Shown in pieces: positions 57,183-64,000 of a stretch of 64,000 nucleotides of DNA. How positions within the stretch are numbered: position 1 is the first letter of the stretch; each line of letters opens with the position of its first letter. This DNA is from a virus, in IMG/VR virus record IMGVR_UViG_3300017989_000082, positions 32,333-96,332 of that record; one strand, given 5' to 3'. The position numbers and the translations under genes are program-made. The notes under the pieces were generated by a model that saw only the letters and a list, made by a program, of their open reading frames with translations, ran no database searches and was not told the origin of the DNA.

Positions 57183-57585
57183 GAATCTCCTTTGCTATGC
57201 CGGGTATTTCTGAACGCTCTTCAATTTTACGCTTTACTTCCTCCCAAATCTTATTCTTTTCTGATTCTTTTTTTATAAGCCATAAACCGTAAAGGCTGTA
57301 GTTGGCAAGATCAAGAAGGCCATCGGCTAAATAAACAACTTCATCCATTTTTGGTGTTTCTCGTTTCTTAATCATCTTGCCCCACATGATTTCATCAACA
57401 ATATCATATTTCCTGCTGATATTCTGGTACAGGCTGTCCCATGATCGGCGCATCCAACTCATGCCGTACACTTTCATTTTTTCCTTCCGAAGCATGGCTA
57501 TGAAGTTTGAGAAACGGCGAACTGTATCAAGAAAATCTTTTCTGTTGTTTTCTGTGTCGGGCGGAGTCTCCATAAAATAGCTCAT
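57148..57585 (-). CDS. DUF1599 / nucleotide-modification-associated (MazG-like fold) protein
   Basis: KMKVYGMSW...ISRKYD...DGLLDLANYS. Confidence 0.7.
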   Translation of the reverse strand: MSYFMETPPDTENNRKDFLDTVRRFSNFIAMLRKEKMKVYGMSWMRRSWDSLYQNISRKYDIVDEIMWGKMIKKRETPKMDEVVYLADGLLDLANYSLYGLWLIKKESEKNKIWEEVKRKIEERSEIPGIAKEILDGDKSPTGNS

Positions 57586-58466
57586 CTTAATTCCTTTTTA
57601 AGTTTTAATAAATCTTTTGAGGTCATATACCCTTTTAGCTTTGGTCTCTTCTTTTTTATTTTTGAGTTTATTTTTTCTGAAATCCCTTCCCAATCACCCT
57701 GTATCGCCCTTATAATATGTTCTTGTTCAATGTTTAATATTCCCATTGCCTTTTCAATTTCATCTTTTGTGAGGCTTGGGGAATCTGAAGCGGTAGTTGC
57801 GGTAGTTACTTTTGCGCTAGTAAATGGGCCAATATCAATTTTAACAGGTTCCCCTGCGGCTGCGCCAGCCCTAGCAATACCAATAGCTGTTTTACTGGTG
57901 CCGCTGCCCATGTCTACTACCGTTCTAGGGGTCTTCTTTTCATAATAATTAGGAACAACAGCATTAGAGCCGGAGAACATGGTAAATCTTATTGGTTCAT
58001 CTGGGGAGAATGTAATTTCCATTACCCTTTTGGATCCGCTATTTGGAATCGTTATTTCCTTCGGCCCCATTTTAGATAGAATAGTTGCCCCGACAATACT
58101 ATGTTTACTCTCTGCACCATTATCTGTAATATAGAAACCAACAGCGCCGGGGTTGTGGCCATCAGGTTTGTTAAGGATAGGAGATATTCCAAGGTGCATT
58201 GTTGGGGACTTACGCCTTCTGATAAAATCTCCTTCTATGTAGGCAAATACATACTCTTTGCCACGGAGATTATATGTAACATCATAGCGAAGATTTTTTA
58301 TATCTCTTTGCAAAAAGAATTCTTCAGTAAATCCAGCATATATTTGATTGAGAATAACTGCTACTAGCCGATCGAAGAACAGGGCTGGATCATTATACAG
58401 CTCTGCGCTTACGGGTAGGCTTGATATTATTAGTGGTTTTGCGCTTGGGTAGTGGAATTGAGGCAT
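57582..58466 (-). CDS. hypothetical protein
   Basis: 294 aa, ATGA-coupled to the next gene. Confidence 0.55.
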   Translation of the reverse strand: MPQFHYPSAKPLIISSLPVSAELYNDPALFFDRLVAVILNQIYAGFTEEFFLQRDIKNLRYDVTYNLRGKEYVFAYIEGDFIRRRKSPTMHLGISPILNKPDGHNPGAVGFYITDNGAESKHSIVGATILSKMGPKEITIPNSGSKRVMEITFSPDEPIRFTMFSGSNAVVPNYYEKKTPRTVVDMGSGTSKTAIGIARAGAAAGEPVKIDIGPFTSAKVTTATTASDSPSLTKDEIEKAMGILNIEQEHIIRAIQGDWEGISEKINSKIKKKRPKLKGYMTSKDLLKLKKELR

Positions 58467-58650
58467 TTAAGCTCTTTACTTTCTTATATACGGCCTTACC
58501 GGGTTCGTATTCTATTAACTCAAAACTCTTACTTGTAAACTTCTTGTTCATTTCGAGAGCCCACCCCCTGTCACCCTCATTTTGGAAATCGTACCGAAGA
58601 GTTATTCGGCGTTCGATTTCGCGGGACTTACTGCTAATCTTCGTCTGCAT
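58393..58650 (-). CDS. basic hypothetical protein
   Basis: Fills the gap; start uncertain. Confidence 0.45.
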   Translation of the reverse strand: MQTKISSKSREIERRITLRYDFQNEGDRGWALEMNKKFTSKSFELIEYEPGKAVYKKVKSLNASIPLPKRKTTNNIKPTRKRRAV

Positions 58651-58975
58651 TTTGCGAGAATTTGTACCTTTCTTGACGCTCCTTATATGCCGCCTTGCCC
58701 TTGGCGTATTTCTCTGCCCGTTCACGTTCTTTCCTTTTGGACTCGGCTGGCATACCTCTGTTGGCAACAAGCTTACCAATAGTCAATTCGTCGGTGTCGT
58801 CGACCCCGCTTAGGGGTTTCATCAGGCTATCAGATGTTCTAAATTTCGACATGATTGGCTTGCACATGCTGGAGCACACCAAGCATTCAACTTCCTTTTT
58901 CTTAAGCCTGTAGCTGGCGGCAAACATTTCAAACCGCTCTTCGCAATTTGTGCATTTATATTCATAGATAGGCAA
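58634..58975 (-). CDS. FmdB-family zinc-ribbon protein
   Basis: MPIYEYKCTNC...FE...CLVC; TTG start with GAGGT RBS. Confidence 0.85.
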   Translation of the reverse strand: MPIYEYKCTNCEERFEMFAASYRLKKKEVECLVCSSMCKPIMSKFRTSDSLMKPLSGVDDTDELTIGKLVANRGMPAESKRKERERAEKYAKGKAAYKERQERYKFSQNADED

Positions 58976-58979
58976 AATA

Positions 58980-59627
58980 TTACCTCTTTTTACTTAAGAT
59001 TTTCTTCATTTCGTCCATTGATTTAACTGCTATATTTTGTACCTTGTGCAAGGGAACAGATTTAAATTCTTGAGATTCCACCGGGGTCAATTCTAACCCG
59101 ATACTACACGGGAAGTTCATTTTCCCCCCTTGGAAGTTTAGATTTGATTTAAACTTAACAACTTTTGCTTTATAGCTCATTTTATACCGTTCCTTTATTT
59201 CTGTCAACAATTTCGCCAGTTCTTTCGGAAGGTATCCAACGATTCTTGGCTCTCTAAACGGCTTTTTGTTTGGAGAAGTTGCAAGATAGGCCATTACCCT
59301 TATGGCGTTTGAATCGTATGGGTTTGTTTTCTCTGCAAATAGTTTAATGTAGATAAAATTCTTTACATCATCAATATAATCGTCTGACGGGAAAGATAAC
59401 TCTTCATCAACACTAATGTCTATGTCATCGAAATCCTCATAGATAGTGTTTATATTGTTTTCATATTTTGTAACTCCGGCAACTTTGGAAAATATGATAG
59501 GGTATTTGCCATTATAATCAATGGCGCTAAACCGTTTCATTCCTGCTGGAATGATTATTTTGTCTTCATCCTTGTCATATGGCGCATCTAAACTTATAGA
59601 TACTGCTTTTCTTTTCTTTTCTGGCAT
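58980..59627 (-). CDS. HIRAN-domain protein
   Basis: VAGVTKY, EKTNPYDSNAIRV and VGYLPK. Confidence 0.85.
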   Translation of the reverse strand: MPEKKRKAVSISLDAPYDKDEDKIIIPAGMKRFSAIDYNGKYPIIFSKVAGVTKYENNINTIYEDFDDIDISVDEELSFPSDDYIDDVKNFIYIKLFAEKTNPYDSNAIRVMAYLATSPNKKPFREPRIVGYLPKELAKLLTEIKERYKMSYKAKVVKFKSNLNFQGGKMNFPCSIGLELTPVESQEFKSVPLHKVQNIAVKSMDEMKKILSKKR

Positions 59628-59684
59628 GGCCCTTCCTTTATTTTTTTAAACTTATCTATTTGGCAAACCTATTGTTTTTGCGTT

Positions 59685-62600
59685 TTATCTGCTGACTACC
59701 TTTATAATTCCCTCTTTACCTATACTGACGTTATAGTCATCTCGGTTGCGCTTACGCATCCCCCCTATAAGAATAAGACCACCGTTCCGAACAACCTCCT
59801 TACCCTTTATCATTTCATATTTATCCTTCCACACAACAAAGTCAGTATGCCCGTCAATATCAAAGATTTGTCCTGACATTATTCGTCCAACCTTGCTGTC
59901 AAACACTCTCACATTTTTGGCTTGGCCAAACATGAGAACATGCTCTCCCTCAAGGCGCTTGTCAAACTCGCTAATTCTAATCAGGCTATCAAGATTTATA
60001 GGCAAATCATTAAGCTTGTCTTTATACATTTTTATAAAGCTGCGGGTCTGAAACCCAAGGGCTTCAGTTTTATCTTTTTCCCAGTCTTCCTTGTCATAGT
60101 TGTAAAATTTTGGATCAACATTCTCCTCTAATTTTTTCTTGCCGCGGGCAACTTCCCTGCGTCTCTCAAACATGAATTTCATTAATTCAAGAGGGCTACC
60201 AAAATTTCTGAATGCACCCGCAACTATTAGACTAAGAATTCTGGCCTTGTTTACGGTGCGCTTGTTGACGCGGCTGAAAAAATCTTCAAAGCTGCTGTAT
60301 GGCTGTTTCTCTATAATTTCTTCCAATGCTTTACCGCCAACCCCTTTAATACCAGCCAGTGCCCATATTATTTTGCCCCTACGGGCTACGAAGACGCCCG
60401 TAGACTTGTTTATTTCAGGCATGATGAACTTGACCCCGTATTCCCGCTTTGCAACGGCCCTGATTTGAGCATATTCGTCGTGATTAGAGTAATTCAACAC
60501 ATTGGCAAAGAATTCCGCAGGGTAATTTGTTTTAAGAAACATAGTTGCCCACGATATCAACCCATAGCTTGTTGCGTGGGCCTTGGGGAAGGCGTAAGCT
60601 CCAAATTTAAGAATTACCTTCCAAAGCTTTTTGGCTTTTTCCTCAACTTCATCGCCGTGTATGACTTTTGCTCCCTCAATAAATTTTTCCTCATATTGTG
60701 CAAATATCTTGCGGTCTTTGCTCTTCATTAACTGACGGAGCTTTTCAGCCTCTACAGGCTTAAACCCTGCAAAGGCCATACTGATCAACATAATGTGTTC
60801 GGAAAACAGCGGGATTCCAAGTGTGTCGGCAAGAACAGGCTTGACACTCTTATGGTAGTATTTGATTGATTCTGATCCGCTTTTACGCTTGGCATATGTG
60901 ATGTGGGCTTTATTAGCCAAGGCTCCTGGGCGATCAATTGCCATGAGGTTGACAACATCTGCAAAACAATCGGGTTTAATATCTTTAACGATTTGAGTGA
61001 TGGTGGGGGCTGATAGCTGGAATACCTCAAGTGTTTCTCCCTTCTTAAAGCCTTCAATGGTCTTTTTATCATCCATGGGAAGAGTACTCATATCCCATTT
61101 AACGCCGTGGTTTTTCTCAACATCACGGAAAGTTTTGGCAATAATAGATAGAGTTTTTACACCTAATATATCTAGGGCCATAGTACCATAGGCGCGAAGG
61201 TCTTCCCTGCCAGTGTGGCTGCATTCCCACTGTGAACAAAGGATTCTCTCACTCTTATTCTTTGGGTCAGCCTGACTGCGTACCGGAAGCCACTCGTCAA
61301 TATGGCTTGGGAGAATTAGTACACTGGCAGGGTGTATTGAAGCTGATTTCCTGATTCCAACAATAGGCTCAACAAATTTTTCAATCCATTCTTCATTTTT
61401 GCTCCACCACTTTGCTAAATCGGGATATTTCTCAATGCTTTCTTCAACGGAAATATCGCCACCTTCCTGTTTACTTCCCGGCTCTAATAATCGGGTTATT
61501 TTATTCATTTCGGTAAAGCTGAATTGCTCCAGCTTACTTTCTAGGACACGGCGCTCGGTGCTGTTGGCGGTTTCCAGTTCCTTCTTTAACTCCATGGCTT
61601 CAACGCGGGCCATATCTTTTATGCAGGCCCGCCACATCAAGCGCCCGTAACTGCCTACGTTACATATTTTCTCTTCACCATATTTCTCCTTAAGATAAGC
61701 AACAGCTTCAGTGCGTTCCTCGCTTTCCATGTCAATGTCAATGTCAACGTCGAACAGGCCACTCTTGACACGGGCAGGCGATATGAATCGCTCGAACAAT
61801 ATATTGTGCTTGATAGGGTCAATGTGCCCAAATCCCAACAGATAGCATATAAGGCTACCGTTGGCACTGCCCCTGATCATGACCAGTTTATTTTTTCTTC
61901 GTAGGTGGTTGCAAAGGTCCTCGACAATAAGAAAGTAATCAACGGCGTCCATTGCAAAGATCGCGTGTAGCTCTTTCCCAATACGATCTTCATAAACACT
62001 TTTCTTAGGGACTTTTCCACTTCGTCTATATCGTTTATGGGCCTTGAACACAAGATTGGTAAAGAATTCTTTCTTATCTTTCTCCCCCTTGTACTCTGGG
62101 TGTGAGGTAAAATCAAACACTGGAATGTGCTGGTCGCCAACCTTGATTTTGTGGTCACACTTGTTGGCTATCTCATGTGTGTTCTCAATAGCCCTGTCAA
62201 AGTCCGTAGCTGACATTTCAGGGAAGTATTTTTTACGGGCCTTGTTAAGTGCCTTGCGGGTTTTAAGCCAAAGGTCTTCGGTTTCAAAAACGAAGCCATC
62301 CCGGCTAAGTTGTAGCACCTTTTGATGCAGAATGTGATCATGCTTGCCCATGTAGTGAATATCGTTAGTGATGATGAAGGGAATGTTTAATGCCTTGGCT
62401 ATTTTTAATATCTTTTTGTTAATTGCTGTCTGAAGGTTCTTGCCTTCTTTGTCAATGTCAATGAGTTGAATCTCAAGATAAAAATCATCACCGAAAAGTT
62501 TTTTAAATCTTTTTGCTCGATCCTTTGATTCCTGATACATTTCCTTGGTAATCTTAGCATCGTCAGTACACATATTATTTGTGATAATGCCCTTACAACA

Positions 62601-63023
62601 GGCGGATGTGCATATTAATCCTTCCCGGTGCTTTTTGAGAATGGGAAAATCTATGCGGGGGGTGTAATAGAAGTGGTCTCGCCATGCGGTGTTGTTCAGG
62701 GCTACTAGATTATTATAGCCCTGCTGATTTTTGGCGAGAAGAATAATGTGGCGGCGCTTCTGAGATTTATCTCGAACATCAACATCATCAACAAAATACA
62801 TTTCACTGCCGAAAATAATCTTGGGGCAATTTTCAATAGTTTCCCCCTCAATTTGTGCTTCTAAATGTGATCCACAATTGCCATGATCTGTAAAGGCTAC
62901 GGCAGGAATGCCCTTCTTGGCCGCGGCAAGTAATAAATCTTTAGGCTTAATGACTCCGTCCAAAAGTGAAGAGTCTGTATGAACGTGCAAATGTGCCACT
63001 TCTAACATTGTTTCTTTCTTCAT
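59685..63023 (-). CDS. dnaE: DNA polymerase III alpha subunit (family C)
   Basis: PHP domain HLHVHT..SLLDG and TDHG, RGSANGS, FERF, DVDIDID, YAFPKAHA, then HhH and OB regions. Confidence 0.97.
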   Translation of the reverse strand: MKKETMLEVAHLHVHTDSSLLDGVIKPKDLLLAAAKKGIPAVAFTDHGNCGSHLEAQIEGETIENCPKIIFGSEMYFVDDVDVRDKSQKRRHIILLAKNQQGYNNLVALNNTAWRDHFYYTPRIDFPILKKHREGLICTSACCKGIITNNMCTDDAKITKEMYQESKDRAKRFKKLFGDDFYLEIQLIDIDKEGKNLQTAINKKILKIAKALNIPFIITNDIHYMGKHDHILHQKVLQLSRDGFVFETEDLWLKTRKALNKARKKYFPEMSATDFDRAIENTHEIANKCDHKIKVGDQHIPVFDFTSHPEYKGEKDKKEFFTNLVFKAHKRYRRSGKVPKKSVYEDRIGKELHAIFAMDAVDYFLIVEDLCNHLRRKNKLVMIRGSANGSLICYLLGFGHIDPIKHNILFERFISPARVKSGLFDVDIDIDMESEERTEAVAYLKEKYGEEKICNVGSYGRLMWRACIKDMARVEAMELKKELETANSTERRVLESKLEQFSFTEMNKITRLLEPGSKQEGGDISVEESIEKYPDLAKWWSKNEEWIEKFVEPIVGIRKSASIHPASVLILPSHIDEWLPVRSQADPKNKSERILCSQWECSHTGREDLRAYGTMALDILGVKTLSIIAKTFRDVEKNHGVKWDMSTLPMDDKKTIEGFKKGETLEVFQLSAPTITQIVKDIKPDCFADVVNLMAIDRPGALANKAHITYAKRKSGSESIKYYHKSVKPVLADTLGIPLFSEHIMLISMAFAGFKPVEAEKLRQLMKSKDRKIFAQYEEKFIEGAKVIHGDEVEEKAKKLWKVILKFGAYAFPKAHATSYGLISWATMFLKTNYPAEFFANVLNYSNHDEYAQIRAVAKREYGVKFIMPEINKSTGVFVARRGKIIWALAGIKGVGGKALEEIIEKQPYSSFEDFFSRVNKRTVNKARILSLIVAGAFRNFGSPLELMKFMFERRREVARGKKKLEENVDPKFYNYDKEDWEKDKTEALGFQTRSFIKMYKDKLNDLPINLDSLIRISEFDKRLEGEHVLMFGQAKNVRVFDSKVGRIMSGQIFDIDGHTDFVVWKDKYEMIKGKEVVRNGGLILIGGMRKRNRDDYNVSIGKEGIIKVVSR

Positions 63024-63082
63024 AACACCCCCTGCTTTCTATATTGGTTGTGATATTTCCATTATTTCTCCTAATTAAAAGT

Positions 63083-63203
63083 TGCCCTCGGCGGGAATTT
63101 AACCCGCTGCTCCTCAGCGATTACCTAGGCTCGCTGAAGTGTGTTATGCAAAGCAACCCAAAACAGCGTCCCGTAACAAGTTACTTCCCTACACCACGAG
63201 GGC
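63083..63203 (-). ncRNA. tRNA-like RNA with enlarged D and anticodon arms
   Basis: Acceptor GCCCTCG/CGAGGGC plus discriminator A; T8G9; D stem GTGT/ACAC; stem CTTCAGCGA/TCGCTGAGG; variable loop AGCA; T arm GCGGG-TTAAATT-CCCGC. Confidence 0.75.
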
Positions 63204-63211
63204 ATAAATTA

Positions 63212-63355
63212 TTATAAATATTTTTCGACGTACTCACTCAAAGCCCTTCTTGCTTTTTCTTCGGTTTCATATGGGCCATATTTATCGGCCCATATTTCAT
63301 TCCAGAACCACCATCCTTCATCATCCTGAAAAACAGGGCCGCTTCCATTTTCCAT
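63212..63355 (-). CDS. 47-aa Trp-rich phage protein
   Basis: MENGSGPVFQDDEGWWFWNEIWADKYGPYETEEKARRALSEYVEKYL; TAATG-coupled; translated by hand. Confidence 0.75.
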   Translation of the reverse strand: MENGSGPVFQDDEGWWFWNEIWADKYGPYETEEKARRALSEYVEKYL

Positions 63356-63573
63356 TAAAAGTTGCCCTCCGCTATATTGTGCAGGGCCAGAAGCATTCGC
63401 TCCCGGGTATCCAGCTTAACTAAGCCTAACTCAATTTGATTAAACAGAATCTTGCATAGTAAATAATGCACACACTCAATGAACTGGTCCGGGGACAAGC
63501 CTTCGTCGTTCTTGGCTTCGTTCTCAACGATCAACTTCATTGTGTGTTCTGGATTGGTGCTGTACTCGGGCAT
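63355..63573 (-). CDS. hypothetical protein
   Basis: AAGGAG RBS, 72 aa. Confidence 0.6.
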   Translation of the reverse strand: MPEYSTNPEHTMKLIVENEAKNDEGLSPDQFIECVHYLLCKILFNQIELGLVKLDTRERMLLALHNIAEGNF

Positions 63574-63578
63574 TTTTG

Positions 63579-63824
63579 CTACTCCTTAATTTCTAATGTT
63601 AATTCGGGGCATCCTTTCATTCCATCATCAAACCATTGTCGCCATACTTTTGCCCAATCTTTCCTATATTCCTCTGGTTCTAGCAAAACAAAAGTGTCTC
63701 CTTTGGCGGGAACACAATTAAAAACAGGACAACGGTGACAAAGTCCTCCCTGAGAGAAAGCCATTTTCTTACCGGGACATTCTTCGGGGCATTTCGGGTC
63801 AAACTCTTGGCCACCTATGAGCAT
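63579..63824 (-). CDS. small Cys-rich protein
   Basis: AAGGAG before ATG 63824; CPEEC...CHRCPVFNC. Confidence 0.65.
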   Translation of the reverse strand: MLIGGQEFDPKCPEECPGKKMAFSQGGLCHRCPVFNCVPAKGDTFVLLEPEEYRKDWAKVWRQWFDDGMKGCPELTLEIKE

Positions 63825-63951
63825 GGGTTTCTCCTTATTGGGTTGAATTGCGCTCGGCAAAGCGCTTGAATTTATCCCCAAATCCCGCTATGATTAAGGT
63901 TAAATTTTTCCGCAAACACCAGCCGAGCGCAAAATTTTTTGATATGCTTAT

Positions 63952-63980
63952 ATTATATAACTACATATGGGTATAGTCAA
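63952..63980 (-). promoter_or_regulatory. sigma70-type promoter for the replication arm
   Basis: TTGACT-17 bp-TATAAT on the minus strand. Confidence 0.85.
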
Positions 63981-64000
63981 TTGCCTTTTTAATCCTTGGC

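Larger units (their letters stand above)
63074..63369. repeat. 16-bp direct repeat ATTAAAAGTTGCCCTC
   Basis: Exact copies at 63074-63089 and 63354-63369. Confidence 0.9.

Noticed and set aside
59685-63023. Intein or intron in dnaE or recA
   Set aside because: Lengths are normal, catalytic motifs are collinear and no splice-junction motifs were seen.
1-64000. TAG stop-codon reassignment, prompted by CUA in the tRNA-like loop
   Set aside because: Genes are full length in the standard code, and TAG ends many structural genes (2421, 8524, 9053, 12433, 14446, 25932).
1-64000. Prophage boundary, integrase or host genes
   Set aside because: No integrase, repressor or host housekeeping block was seen; lifestyle and host cannot be determined from this window.

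Overview
The whole window is a fragment of a large tailed dsDNA bacteriophage (Caudoviricetes). It looks siphovirus-like: there is a tail tube and a 2382-aa tape measure protein but no sheath gene. It has two convergent arms that meet at a nested hairpin near 47.7 kb. The + strand (1-47682) carries fibre-like proteins, a lysis pair (membrane protein plus NlpC/P60), a Mu-gpI-type protease/scaffold, a decoration protein, the major capsid protein, neck proteins, an enlarged tail tube, a tail chaperone with a -1 frameshift, the tape measure protein and a Cys-rich tail-tip module. Coupled directly behind these is an 11.5-kb glycan-tailoring cluster: five glycosyltransferase-like genes, three methyltransferase domains, two intact radical SAM enzymes and one degenerate one, a SpeD-like decarboxylase and an HNH-AP2 endonuclease. 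The - strand (47795-64000) carries replication and recombination genes (DnaE, gp32-like SSB, RecA, Mre11/Rad50-like pair, RuvC, HIRAN, FmdB, DUF1599-like) downstream of a near-consensus sigma70 promoter. The most notable items are: (i) the virion-operon-linked glycosylation and radical-SAM cluster; (ii) an enlarged tRNA-like RNA inside a 16-bp direct-repeat-bounded cassette just upstream of dnaE; (iii) a CxxC membrane protein and two six-Cys proteins within a Cys-rich tail tip; (iv) a chain of fibre proteins with matching terminal motifs. All family assignments come from motif recognition by eye; no database searches were run.
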